A DNA stretch of 32,000 nucleotides from Mycolicibacterium smegmatis (GTDB taxonomy: Bacteria; Actinomycetota; Actinomycetes; Mycobacteriales; Mycobacteriaceae): NCBI RefSeq assembly GCF_001457595.1, contig NZ_LN831039.1, positions 1,680,001 to 1,712,000 of the forward strand. The letters run 5' to 3'. The stretch's first letter is position 1. Each line of letters begins with the position of its first letter. Below are positions 19,545-30,187 of this stretch, in pieces. The position numbers and the translations under genes are program-made. The notes below the pieces were generated by a model that saw only the letters and a list, made by a program, of their open reading frames with translations, had not been told where the DNA came from and did not search any database.

Positions 19545-22500
19545 ATGGAGAAAACCGGCCGATCAGATGCTGGCACCGGTGAAGTGCTCATCGATGCCCC
19601 ACCGGAGGTTCCGCGCGCGACACCGGTGCCCGTGGTGACGCGCGTGCTTCCCGTGGTGCTCGTGGTCGCCATGGTGGGAATGATGGTGGTGTACTTCCGG
19701 TCCGGTGTGGCCACCGGCCGTGGGCCCGCGGTCATGTTCTTCCCGGTGATGATGGCGATGTCGGTGCTCGCGACGCTGGCGTACAGCCTGCGGGGGAACG
19801 GCGGAAGCGCCGAACTCGAACGTGACCGGCGCGAATACCTGCGTTACCTCGACGGTCTCGACGTCCTCGCCGCCGAGACCGCATGCGCGCAGTGGCAGAT
19901 GTTGCACGACACCTTCCCGGAGCCCGCGGTGCTGTGGATGCTCGTCGACAGTGACCGGCGTTGGGAACGCGACACCGGACATCGGCACTTCCTGGAGGTC
20001 CGCATCGGTATGGGGACGCGTCCCCTGCAGACCCGGCTCGTGGCACCGGAATCGACCGGCGGCGCCGAACGGGACCCGGTCACCGTCGAAGCGCTGGAAG
20101 CCCTGCTGCGCGCGCGATCGACGGTCGACGACGTCCCAGTCACCGTGCGACTCGGCGGCCACTACCGGTTGACCGGGCCGGACGAACAGGTCGGCGGCCT
20201 GGTGCGGGCGGTGCTGTGCCAATTGGCCACCTGGCACAGCCCCCGCGACGTCAAGATCGCCGCAGCCCTGCACGCCGACGACCGATGGGACTGGCTGAAG
20301 TGGCTGCCGCACCACACGAACGCGCCATACGACGGCGCCGCACACCTGGTGATCGTGGCCGACTCGCCGGTGAGCGATACGCTCCCCGACGGCGCCACGG
20401 TGCTCGGCCTGGGATCGGACGCCACGGACGCTTCGGCCACCCGCATCGACGTCGAGCACGACGAGGTGCGCATCGCAACCGTCAGCGCCCGGCCCGACAC
20501 CATGACGACCGAGCAGGCACTGGCATGCGCGCGTCGCCTGGCACGATACCGAGCAGAGGCGGCATCGGCGCGGCGATCGGACTGGGCCAACCTGCTCGGT
20601 GTCGACGACATCTCACACCTCGACATCGAGCGAGTGTGGCAGAACCTGGATCCCCGACAGCGCCTGCGCGTTCCGATCGGTATCTCCGACCACGAAGTCC
20701 GCGTCGACCTGGACCTCAACGAGGCCGCGCGGGGCGGCAGCGGACCCCACGGCCTGTGCATAGGGGCCACCGGATCGGGAAAGTCCGAGTTCCTCCGTAC
20801 CCTCGTGCTCGGCCTGATTACCACCCATTCACCCGATGCGCTCAACCTCGTGCTCGTCGACTTCAAGGGCGGCGCGACGTTCCTCGGCCTGGCGTCCGCA
20901 CCACACATCAGCGCGCTGATCACCAACCTGTCGGACGAGGCGGCCATGGTGGCCCGGATGGCAGACGCGCTGGCCGGGGAGATGACGCGCAGGCAGGAAC
21001 TGTTGCGTGCGGCCAACGTCGGCAGCGCCGCGGAGTACACACGCACGGACGGACGGCCACCCCTGCCGACATTGCTGGTGGTGGTCGACGAATTCTCCGA
21101 ACTGCTCCATCAACAACCCGATTTCGCTGACCTGTTCGTCGCGATCGGCAGGCTCGGTCGCTCCCTCGGGATCCATCTGCTGCTGGCCAGCCAACGCCTC
21201 GACGAGGGCAGGCTGCGTGGCCTGGAATCGCACCTGTCCTACCGGATCTGTCTGAAGACCTTCTCGGCCGCCGAATCACGCGCCGTGCTCGGCGTCGCGG
21301 ATGCCCACGATCTGCCGAACACACCGGGTGCGGCGTACCTGAAGACGCCGTCGGGCGAGATCACCCGATTCCAAACGGCTTTCGTGTCGGGACGGTATGA
21401 CGTTGCGCCGGTGGACCGGCCCGATCACCGGGTGCGGCCGTTCACCGCGCGGCCACCCGCAGACCAGCTGTGCCGTTCCTCCACGCAGACCACGCTGGAG
21501 GCCACGGTGGCGCGGCTTCTCGGCCACGGCACACCCGCGCACCGTGTCTGGTTGTCACCCCTGCCTCGGGCGATACCGCTCAGCGACGTGCTCATGGCCG
21601 ATCCCGAACCGCTCACGGCGGCGATCGGTCTGGTCGACCGCCCGTTCGAGCAGCGTCGCGACCGCCTGCTGGTCGATTTGTCCGGCGCGGCAGGCAACGT
21701 CGTGATCGTCGGCGGTCCGCAATCCGGGAAATCCACAGCCGCACGGACATTGATGGTGGCGCTGTCGGCCACCCACGACCCGGCCGATGTGCAGATGTAC
21801 GGCCTGGACCTCGGTGGGGGCGCGCTCTGCGCGCTCACCGCGCTGCCGCACGTCGGTGCGGTCGCCGGGCGTCGCGACACCGACCTGGCACGACGCATCG
21901 TCACACAACTGCACGACGTGATCCGGGCGCGGGAGCGGACATTCGAGGTTCTGGGCGTGGACTCCATGGCCGACTACCGTGCGCGCCGCGCCGCGGGAGA
22001 GTGCCGTGACGATCCCTACGGTGACGTGTTCCTGGTGGTCGACGGATGGTCCACCCTGCGTACCGAGTTCGAGTCCCTCGAGAGCACCATCACGACACTG
22101 GCCGGCCAGGGACTGTCCTACGGTGTGCACGTCGTGGTGACCGCGGCGCGCTGGGCCGAACTACGCCCTGCACTCAAGGATCAACTCGGCACGCGCATCG
22201 AGTTGCGACTCGGCGACCCCGCGGAATCCGAGATGGACCGCCGACGGGCCCGCCACATCAGCCCTCTTCCCGGACGTGGCCTGACCCGCGACGGCCACGA
22301 ACTGCTCATCGCGCTGCCGCGTCTGGACGGAACGGCCGACGAGCGCGGCCTGGCTGCGGCACTGACCCGCGTCGGCGAGGTCCTGCACACCCAGCACACG
22401 GGCGCGCACGCGCCGCGTGTTCGTCTGCTGCCGCGGCACGTAGCCGGTGACGATCTGGTGGGGCTTGGCGGTGACCGGCCTGCCACGCAGGTCGTGTTGG

Positions 22501-23180
22501 GCATCGGTGACGCCGAATTGGCTCCGGTGGCAGTCGACTTCGCCGAACAGTCCGATCTGGTCATCCTCGGTGACGCGGGATGCGGAAAGTCGACCACTCT
22601 GCGCGCACTGTGTGATCGCCTCGTCCGCACCAACGATCCCTCCGCGGTCCAGTTGCTCGTGGTCGACTACCGGCGGGAGATGCTCGACGCGGTCGGATCC
22701 GGTCATCTGCGCGGATACGCGGTGTCCGCCGGCGCACTGGAGACCGCGGTCGCCGACCTGATACGGACTCTTCGCGAGCGCATGCCCGGCCCCGACATCA
22801 CACCGCGGCAACTGCGCGAGCGCACCTGGTGGACCGGCCCCGAACTCTATGTCGTGGTCGACGACTACGACCTGGTCGCGGCCGGAGCGGGCAATCCACT
22901 GACGTCTCTGCTCGACTTCGTGCCCCACGCACGCGATCTCGGGTTGCACCTCGTGATCGCCCGCCGCTCCGGGGGCGCTGCGCGCGCCATGTTCGATCCC
23001 GTCCTGTCGCGGCTCAAGGAACTGGGCTGCATGGGCCTGATGATGAGCGCATCCCCGGACGAAGGTGTGCTGCTGGGACCGGTGCGCCCGAGACCGCTAC
23101 CACCGGGACGGGGGACCCTGCTCACCCGCGCCGGGCCCGAACAGTTGATCCAGGTGGCACTGCCGTGCGACGTGTCGTGA
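19545..23180 (+). CDS. eccC4: ESX-4 FtsK/SpoIIIE-type triple ATPase EccC4
   Basis: 1211 aa; two N-terminal TMs and three Walker A motifs: GATGSGKSEFLRTL, GGPQSGKSTAARTL, GDAGCGKSTTLRAL. Alternative TTG start at 19542. Confidence 0.96.
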   Translation: MEKTGRSDAGTGEVLIDAPPEVPRATPVPVVTRVLPVVLVVAMVGMMVVYFRSGVATGRGPAVMFFPVMMAMSVLATLAYSLRGNGGSAELERDRREYLRYLDGLDVLAAETACAQWQMLHDTFPEPAVLWMLVDSDRRWERDTGHRHFLEVRIGMGTRPLQTRLVAPESTGGAERDPVTVEALEALLRARSTVDDVPVTVRLGGHYRLTGPDEQVGGLVRAVLCQLATWHSPRDVKIAAALHADDRWDWLKWLPHHTNAPYDGAAHLVIVADSPVSDTLPDGATVLGLGSDATDASATRIDVEHDEVRIATVSARPDTMTTEQALACARRLARYRAEAASARRSDWANLLGVDDISHLDIERVWQNLDPRQRLRVPIGISDHEVRVDLDLNEAARGGSGPHGLCIGATGSGKSEFLRTLVLGLITTHSPDALNLVLVDFKGGATFLGLASAPHISALITNLSDEAAMVARMADALAGEMTRRQELLRAANVGSAAEYTRTDGRPPLPTLLVVVDEFSELLHQQPDFADLFVAIGRLGRSLGIHLLLASQRLDEGRLRGLESHLSYRICLKTFSAAESRAVLGVADAHDLPNTPGAAYLKTPSGEITRFQTAFVSGRYDVAPVDRPDHRVRPFTARPPADQLCRSSTQTTLEATVARLLGHGTPAHRVWLSPLPRAIPLSDVLMADPEPLTAAIGLVDRPFEQRRDRLLVDLSGAAGNVVIVGGPQSGKSTAARTLMVALSATHDPADVQMYGLDLGGGALCALTALPHVGAVAGRRDTDLARRIVTQLHDVIRARERTFEVLGVDSMADYRARRAAGECRDDPYGDVFLVVDGWSTLRTEFESLESTITTLAGQGLSYGVHVVVTAARWAELRPALKDQLGTRIELRLGDPAESEMDRRRARHISPLPGRGLTRDGHELLIALPRLDGTADERGLAAALTRVGEVLHTQHTGAHAPRVRLLPRHVAGDDLVGLGGDRPATQVVLGIGDAELAPVAVDFAEQSDLVILGDAGCGKSTTLRALCDRLVRTNDPSAVQLLVVDYRREMLDAVGSGHLRGYAVSAGALETAVADLIRTLRERMPGPDITPRQLRERTWWTGPELYVVVDDYDLVAAGAGNPLTSLLDFVPHARDLGLHLVIARRSGGAARAMFDPVLSRLKELGCMGLMMSASPDEGVLLGPVRPRPLPPGRGTLLTRAGPEQLIQVALPCDVS

Positions 23181-24271
23181 CGGTCATCGAGGCGGGCCCC
23201 GTCGGTGTGCACCGGGCCGGGGCTGAATCCGGGCCCGTACCTGACGAACTCGCGCAGACCGCCCTGGAGTGCATCGACGATCAGTTCGCAATCGTCGACG
23301 ACCATTTCGTCACCGTGGAGGATCTGTGGACCCGTGTGCTGGGCACCGGCCACGCCCGGGATGCGGTGGTGGTCCACCCCACGTGGTGGACGCCCAACCG
23401 CGTGACGCGGCTTCGTGACATCGCGACCACATGCGGTATCGGCCGCGTGGTCTCACGGGCGGAGGCGCTCGGCGCCGACGCGACCGGCGCGTCGTGGACG
23501 GTGATCGAGATCAGCACCGATCTCGTGTCGGTGACGCGCGACGGCGGTGTGCCGCAGTCGTGGACCCGCGGCGGGCATACCGAAGAGGCCGTCGTTGACG
23601 CGGTCTGCAGCGCCGTCGGTGACACACGCGACGTGATCCTCGACGTGCCGGACGATGTGCCCGGCGGGCGTGAACTCGCCCGCGCACTCACCCGCCGTGT
23701 GCGGTGCCGCCATGCGTCACCGGTCGACGTGTTGCAGCGAGCGGTCACCGACACCCCTGCACGTGAGCCGGAGCGCAGGCCGCGCAACGTGACCGTCGGT
23801 GTGGCCGCGGTGGCGATCATGGGAATGTGTACGACGCTCGCCGCGCACGAGCGGCCGACCGACACCGTGACCACCGGACTGGTCGAGGGACGTGTGGCGG
23901 TGCAGATACCCCGGGGCTGGCGCGTCGAACGTGTCACCGACGACGCCGGATCGCCTCGGCTGCAGGTGTTCTCACTGTCAGGCACGGACCCGGTCATCCA
24001 CATCACGCAGTCACCGGTCGGGGCAGGGGACGTCGCGGACACCCTTCGGTACGCGCTCGAGCAGGCGCCTGCCGGGGTGTTCGTCGACTTCGACCCCGAC
24101 GATCGCGTCGCCGACCGGCCCGCCATCACGTACCGGGAGGTTCGTGCGCACCGTGAGGTCCGGTGGGCCGTAGTGGTCGACGGCCCCGTCCGCATCGCCA
24201 TCGGCTGCCAGGGCCGGGAGTTCCATGCCGCGTGCTCCGCGGCCGTCGCATCCGCACACGCGGCCTCTTAG
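23177..24271 (+). CDS. Type VII secretion-associated protein (Rv3446c-like)
   Basis: GTGA 4-nt overlap with the eccC4 stop; VTVIEAGPVGVHRAGAESGPVPDELAQTALECIDDQ..., TM near VTVGVAAVAIMGMCTTLAA, positionally between eccC4 and esxU as in mycobacterial ESX-4 loci. Confidence 0.85.
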   Translation: MTVIEAGPVGVHRAGAESGPVPDELAQTALECIDDQFAIVDDHFVTVEDLWTRVLGTGHARDAVVVHPTWWTPNRVTRLRDIATTCGIGRVVSRAEALGADATGASWTVIEISTDLVSVTRDGGVPQSWTRGGHTEEAVVDAVCSAVGDTRDVILDVPDDVPGGRELARALTRRVRCRHASPVDVLQRAVTDTPAREPERRPRNVTVGVAAVAIMGMCTTLAAHERPTDTVTTGLVEGRVAVQIPRGWRVERVTDDAGSPRLQVFSLSGTDPVIHITQSPVGAGDVADTLRYALEQAPAGVFVDFDPDDRVADRPAITYREVRAHREVRWAVVVDGPVRIAIGCQGREFHAACSAAVASAHAAS

Positions 24272-24279
24272 AAAAAGAT

Positions 24280-24306
24280 GGAACCGAACCCGTCGCCGCT
24301 GCGTCC
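24280..24306 (+). promoter_or_regulatory. Candidate SigM-type ECF promoter for esxU-esxT
   Basis: GGAAC(24280-24284)-N17-CGTCC(24302-24306), about 38 nt before esxU ATG 24344; SigM control of esxU/esxT is established in M. tuberculosis. Confidence 0.65.
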
Positions 24307-24343
24307 AATTGTTATATCCCGCAAGACAACAGGAGGGGGACCG

Positions 24344-24655
24344 ATGTCGACACCGCTGGGCGCCGATTTCGACGTGATGACCACTGTGGCAGGACAGATC
24401 GATGTGCGCAACGACGACATCCGGTCGATGCTGCAGACCTTCATCGGCCGCATGAACACCGTGCCGCCGACTGTGTGGGGTGGTGTCGCCGCGACCCGGT
24501 TCCGTGATGTCGTCGAGCGGTGGAACGCCGAATCGCTCACGCTGCACACCACGCTGCAACGCATCGCCGAGACCATCCGCCACAACGAACGCACGCTGCG
24601 CGAGGCCGCCGACGGTCACGCACAACGCCTCGGTGGCGTCGGCGAGACCCTCTGA
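24344..24655 (+). CDS. esxU: WXG100-family protein EsxU
   Basis: 103 aa, AGGAGGGGG ribosome site; [63 protein letters not shown] with WGG turn. Confidence 0.93.
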   Translation: MSTPLGADFDVMTTVAGQIDVRNDDIRSMLQTFIGRMNTVPPTVWGGVAATRFRDVVERWNAESLTLHTTLQRIAETIRHNERTLREAADGHAQRLGGVGETL

Positions 24656-24679
24656 CCCGCAGACCCGGAAGGAAAACCC

Positions 24680-24976
24680 GTGAGCCAGTTGCTCTCATAC
24701 GATTTCGGCGAGATCGAGTACACGGTCCGCCAAGAGATCCACGCCACGCACAACCGGTTCAACGCCGCGCTCGAGGAACTGCGGGCGCAGATCGCGCCGT
24801 TGCAGCAGGTCTGGACGCGTGAGGCCGCGGCGGCGTACCAGGTGGAGCAGGCCCGATGGAATCAGGCCGCCGCGGCGCTCAACGAGATCCTGTTCAGCCT
24901 CGGCAACGCGGTGCGTGACGGGTCCGACGAGGTGGCAGCCACCGACCGCAGCGCGGCCAACGCCTGGGGCGTCTGA
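24680..24976 (+). CDS. esxT: WXG100-family protein EsxT
   Basis: GTG start; MSQLLSYDFGEIEYTVRQEIHATHNRFNAALEELRAQIAPLQQVWTREAAAAYQVEQARWNQAAAALNEIL; WTR in place of WxG, as in mycobacterial EsxT. Confidence 0.94.
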   Translation: MSQLLSYDFGEIEYTVRQEIHATHNRFNAALEELRAQIAPLQQVWTREAAAAYQVEQARWNQAAAALNEILFSLGNAVRDGSDEVAATDRSAANAWGV

Positions 24977-24989
24977 TCCCACAAATGCC

Positions 24990-25033
24990 TGTGCGGTCCC
25001 ACCCGGTATGGAGAGGTCGGGTGGGACCGCACA
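24990..25033. terminator. Probable bidirectional terminator between esxT and the DEAD-box helicase gene
   Basis: Perfect 16-bp inverted repeat TGTGCGGTCCCACCCG (24990-25005) / CGGGTGGGACCGCACA (25018-25033), 12-nt loop, between convergent genes. Confidence 0.8.
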
Positions 25034-25045
25034 TTTCGCGCGTCT

Positions 25046-26428
25046 CTAGCGCGCGGACGACTCGTTGGAGCGGCGCGGCCTGCGGCCGCGGCCACCCCGG
25101 TGCGCACCACCACGTGCGGCGGCAGCGCCCTCGGACTGAGCGCCGTGGCCCGAACGTCCCGGGCGGCCCGACCCCTGCGGGCGGCTGCGGCGGGGCTGCG
25201 TCGAACGCGGACGGCTCGGTGTCGCGGCGGGCTCGGTGCGAATGGGCTCACCGAAAACCCGCTCACCCGGGGCGATTTCACGCAGCACCGGATGGTCGAG
25301 GCCGCTGATCCGGGTGATCGTGGGCTTGACGCCGGCCTTGCGGGTCAGGTTGCGCACGTCGTGCACCTGGGCGTCGAGCATGAGCGTCACCACGGTGCCC
25401 TCGTTGCCGGCACGCGCGGTGCGGCCCGAGCGGTGCAGGTACGCCTTGTGCTCGACCGGCGGGTCGGCGTGCACCACGAGGCTCACGTCGTCGACGTGGA
25501 TGCCGCGCGCGGCGATGTCGGTGGCCACCATCACGGTCGCGGAGCCGTCCGAGAACGCCGTCAGGTTGCGCGTGCGCGCATTCTGCGACAGGTTCCCGTG
25601 CAGCTCGACCGCGGAGATGCCCCGCGAATTGAGTTGGCGGGTGAGGTTTTTCGCGCCGTGTTTGGTGCGCGCGAACACGATGGTGCGGCCGGGTGCCGCG
25701 GCCAGGTCGGCCACGACGTTGATGCGCGCGGCGTTGTCAACGTGCAGCACGTGGTGCACCATCGCCGACACGGGCGACTGCGCGGAATCCACGCTGTGCA
25801 CCACCGGATCGTGCAGGTACCGCTTGACCAGCACGTCGACGCCCGCGTCGAGCGTGGCCGAGAACAGCAACCGCTGGCAGTGCTTGGGCGTGCGGTCCAG
25901 CAGACGCTTGACGCCCGGCAGGAAGCCCAGGTCGGCCATGTGGTCGGCCTCGTCGAGGATCGTGACCTCCACCGACGACAGATCGGCGTGGCGGGACTGC
26001 ACGTGGTCTTCGAGCCGGCCGGGGCAGGCGATGACGATGTCCACACCGCGGCGCAGGGCCGCGATCTGAGGTCCGGCGCCCACACCGCCGAAGATGTTCA
26101 CCGTGCGCAGGCCGGTCGCGGCCGCCAGCGGCGCCAGCGAGGCCTCGATCTGGGTGACCAACTCACGCGTCGGCGCGAGGATGACCGCGCGCGGCTTACC
26201 GGCGTCGCGGGGCGTGCCACTGGTGGCCAAGCGGGCGACCAGCGGCAGCAGGAAGGCATAGGTCTTGCCGGATCCGGTGCGGCCACGGCCGAGCACATCG
26301 CGGCCGTTCAGCGAGTCGGGAAGAGTCGCGGCCTGGATCGGGAACGGTGTGGTCACACCGTTCGCGGCAAGCGTGGACACGAGCTCGGCGGGAAGGCCGA
26401 GCTCGGCAAAGGTTTTCTGGGCAGACAA
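25046..26428 (-). CDS. DEAD-box ATP-dependent RNA helicase, RhlE-like, with RG/RP-rich C-terminal tail
   Basis: FAELGLPAELVSTLAANGVTTPFPIQAATLP, GRTGSGKTYAF, APTRELV, LDEADHM, FSATL, VATDIAARGIH, HRSGRTARAG. Start placed at TTG 26428 with GGAG upstream; the extension to 26620 is not supported. Confidence 0.93.
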   Translation of the reverse strand: MSAQKTFAELGLPAELVSTLAANGVTTPFPIQAATLPDSLNGRDVLGRGRTGSGKTYAFLLPLVARLATSGTPRDAGKPRAVILAPTRELVTQIEASLAPLAAATGLRTVNIFGGVGAGPQIAALRRGVDIVIACPGRLEDHVQSRHADLSSVEVTILDEADHMADLGFLPGVKRLLDRTPKHCQRLLFSATLDAGVDVLVKRYLHDPVVHSVDSAQSPVSAMVHHVLHVDNAARINVVADLAAAPGRTIVFARTKHGAKNLTRQLNSRGISAVELHGNLSQNARTRNLTAFSDGSATVMVATDIAARGIHVDDVSLVVHADPPVEHKAYLHRSGRTARAGNEGTVVTLMLDAQVHDVRNLTRKAGVKPTITRISGLDHPVLREIAPGERVFGEPIRTEPAATPSRPRSTQPRRSRPQGSGRPGRSGHGAQSEGAAAARGGAHRGGRGRRPRRSNESSAR

Positions 26429-26674
26429 AAAGAAACTCCGAAATCTAGGCGGTGGTCCTGCCCGGCGCGGGTGACATCCCGCGGCGCTGGAGTTGATGAT
26501 CAAGAAGGCGGCAGAGGCAGAACAGGCAAGCCGCCGGACTCCAACATACCCGTAACCGGCGGTTTTCCCGGCATCGGCGGCGCGACCTGTGGGTGATGCC
26601 ACACCCACCGCGCTGGTCAACTATCCTGGCGGGCACGTGCCGGGGCCGGCGGGTCGGCCCGCACGCACAGGAGC

Positions 26675-27985
26675 GTGATCGCCGTGGCTTCAATGAGGAA
26701 TGCAGGTGAACGGGTGCTGACCCGGCTGCCTGCCGCCAAGGTGCGTGCCATCCACGACCTCTTCATCGAGGGGCAGATCGACCCCGACTCCCTCAGATCG
26801 ATGTCGCTGCCCCGAGTCGTCGTGGACAGTTGGCGACGCAGTCTCGAAGTGGGCGTCGACCCCGACAGCGGCGGCCGTACCGCCGCGGCCGAGGCCGCCC
26901 TGGCCGAGTTGCGTGCGACGCATCCGCTCGCCCCCACGCTGCCGCTGATCCGGCGCCTGCTGGTCGAGGACGCTGTCGACTCAGGTGTCGTCGTCGCGAT
27001 CACGGCGGCCGACGGCACTCTGCTGTGGGTCGAGGGGGACCGGCAGGCGTGCCGCAAGGCCGAGGCGATGAACTTCGTGCCCGGCTCCGACTGGAGCGAA
27101 CGCTCCGCGGGCACCAACGCACCCGGCACCGCGCTCACGCTGGACCGTGAGGTGCAGATCCGCGGAACCGAGCACTTCTCCCGCATCGTGCACCCGTGGA
27201 GTTGCACGGCCGTACCCGTCCACGACCCGGGGACCGGCGTGCTGCTGGGCGCCATCGACCTCACCGGCGGCTCCCGCGTCGCCTCACCCCAGACCCTCGC
27301 GCTGGTGCGCGCGACGGCCGTCGCCGTCGAGAACCATCTCGCGCTGCTGCGGTTGACCAACCCCGTCACCCCGGTCGCGCCGGAACGCCCCCGGCTGTCG
27401 GTGCTCGGCGGCGACCGGCCACGCTGGCAGACCACAGGTGAGGACGGACGTGCCCGCTCGGCCGTGCTGACCGGCAGGCACGCCGACATCCTGGTGCTGT
27501 TGAGCCGTCACCCGGAAGGACTGTCGGCCGACCATCTGGCGATCCTGCTCGACGACAAGGACCTCGACGTCGTGACGATCCGCGCCGAGATGTCCCGGCT
27601 GCGCCGCGTCATCGGGTCCAACTACATCGCGTCGCGGCCCTACCGGTTGTTGTCGCCGATCTGCAGCGACGTGGCCGACGTGTTCGACGCGTTGCAGTCC
27701 GGCGACGTCGCTGCCGCGTTGTCCGCCTATACCGGCGCGCTGCTGCCGCAGTCGGTGTCCCCGGCGATCGGGCGCCTGCGCACCGAACTGACCGCGAGCC
27801 TGCGCGAGGCGGTGCTGGCCCGCGCGGCCGTGGGCCGGCTGGACCTGCTGCGCCGCTGGCTGGAACTGCCCGATGGCCGTGACGACCGCGACGGGTGGCG
27901 CATGCTGCATGATCACGCCGACGACCCGGTCACCCGCGCGCAGGCCCTCGGGCACCTGGCGGGCCTGGATTCCGAACTCGCCTGA
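26675..27985 (+). CDS. GAF-domain transcriptional regulator (AcoR-like N-terminus, winged-helix-type C-terminus, no AAA+ module)
   Basis: [15 protein letters not shown]...[18 protein letters not shown]...[68 protein letters not shown]; C-term [29 protein letters not shown]. Alternative starts at 26684 and 26693. Confidence 0.82.
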   Translation: MIAVASMRNAGERVLTRLPAAKVRAIHDLFIEGQIDPDSLRSMSLPRVVVDSWRRSLEVGVDPDSGGRTAAAEAALAELRATHPLAPTLPLIRRLLVEDAVDSGVVVAITAADGTLLWVEGDRQACRKAEAMNFVPGSDWSERSAGTNAPGTALTLDREVQIRGTEHFSRIVHPWSCTAVPVHDPGTGVLLGAIDLTGGSRVASPQTLALVRATAVAVENHLALLRLTNPVTPVAPERPRLSVLGGDRPRWQTTGEDGRARSAVLTGRHADILVLLSRHPEGLSADHLAILLDDKDLDVVTIRAEMSRLRRVIGSNYIASRPYRLLSPICSDVADVFDALQSGDVAAALSAYTGALLPQSVSPAIGRLRTELTASLREAVLARAAVGRLDLLRRWLELPDGRDDRDGWRMLHDHADDPVTRAQALGHLAGLDSELA

Positions 27986-28019
27986 GTTCTCGCGCGTCGA
28001 CAGCGACGCGGCAATCCGT

Positions 28020-28035
28020 GCAACCGTGGTGCAAC
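28020..28035 (+). promoter_or_regulatory. Tandem GCAAC motif upstream of aldehyde dehydrogenase
   Basis: GCAAC-CGTGGT-GCAAC; 11-bp repeat period. A matching element occurs at 30946-30961. Confidence 0.45.
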
Positions 28036-28095
28036 CCCTGTTTGCCTACCTTGAGTGACGACCGACACATTTCGGTGTCCGAACAGGAGAAAGCC

Positions 28096-29619
<1,524 letters not shown>

Positions 29620-29676
29620 CGAGCGCTCGCGCGAGGAGCATCGAATTCTGATCCGTAAGGCCTGAACAGACCCCGT

Positions 29677-29732
29677 CGAGTGTGAAGCTGTTGCGACGAT
29701 TGACCCGCATACTCGCAACAGCTTCACACTCG
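29677..29732. repeat. Perfect 20-bp inverted repeat, 16-nt loop
   Basis: CGAGTGTGAAGCTGTTGCGA (29677-29696) / TCGCAACAGCTTCACACTCG (29713-29732), between the aldehyde dehydrogenase and GlcG-like genes. Confidence 0.95.
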
Positions 29733-29773
29733 CGGCATTTCTCGTTCCGACAACACAATTCGTAGGAGGCTTG

Positions 29774-30172
29774 ATGGGTGCCCTGTCGCTGTCCACGGCG
29801 CAGAAGGTGGTTGACGCCGCGATCGAGAAAGCGAACGAGATCGGTCAGCCGATGAACATCGCCGTCGTCGACGACGGCGGCCACCTGGTCGCGTTCGCCC
29901 GCATGGACGGCGCCATCAAGGCCAGCATCGACATCTCGATCCGCAAGGCGCGCACGTCGATCCTGATGAACCTGCCGACGAGTGCGCTCATGGACGTCGC
30001 GCAGCCCGGTGGCGAACTGTACGGGCTCGAACAACTGTCGGGCGGCCTGGTGCTGTTCGGTGGAGGCCTGCTGCTGGAACGTGACGGCGCGGTCATCGGC
30101 GCCATCGGCGTCAGCGCCGGAAGCGTCGAGCAGGACGTGAAGGTCGCCGAGGCCGGCGTCGCCGCACTCTGA
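29774..30172 (+). CDS. GlcG/HbpS/PduO-C-like domain protein
   Basis: MGALSLSTAQKVVDAAIEKANEIGQPMNIAVVDDGGHLVAFARMDGAIKASIDISIRKARTS...GGGLLLERDGAVIGAIGVSAGSVEQDVKVAEAGVAAL. Confidence 0.92.
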   Translation: MGALSLSTAQKVVDAAIEKANEIGQPMNIAVVDDGGHLVAFARMDGAIKASIDISIRKARTSILMNLPTSALMDVAQPGGELYGLEQLSGGLVLFGGGLLLERDGAVIGAIGVSAGSVEQDVKVAEAGVAAL

Positions 30173-30187
30173 CGCTTCAGGAATCGC

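Noticed and set aside
19961-21130. 389-aa plus-strand ORF inside eccC4
   Set aside because: Out-of-frame reading of eccC4, R/P/G-rich.
22829-23176. N-terminal extension of the secretion-associated protein ORF
   Set aside because: Overlaps the eccC4 3' end out of frame; the GTGA junction at 23177 is the more plausible start.
24680-24976. Loss of the WxG motif in EsxT as a novel divergence
   Set aside because: WTR at this position also occurs in mycobacterial EsxT as I recall the family, so it is not treated as new.
25100-26596. 498-aa plus-strand ORF over the DEAD-box helicase
   Set aside because: Antisense shadow; the helicase frame has all canonical motifs.
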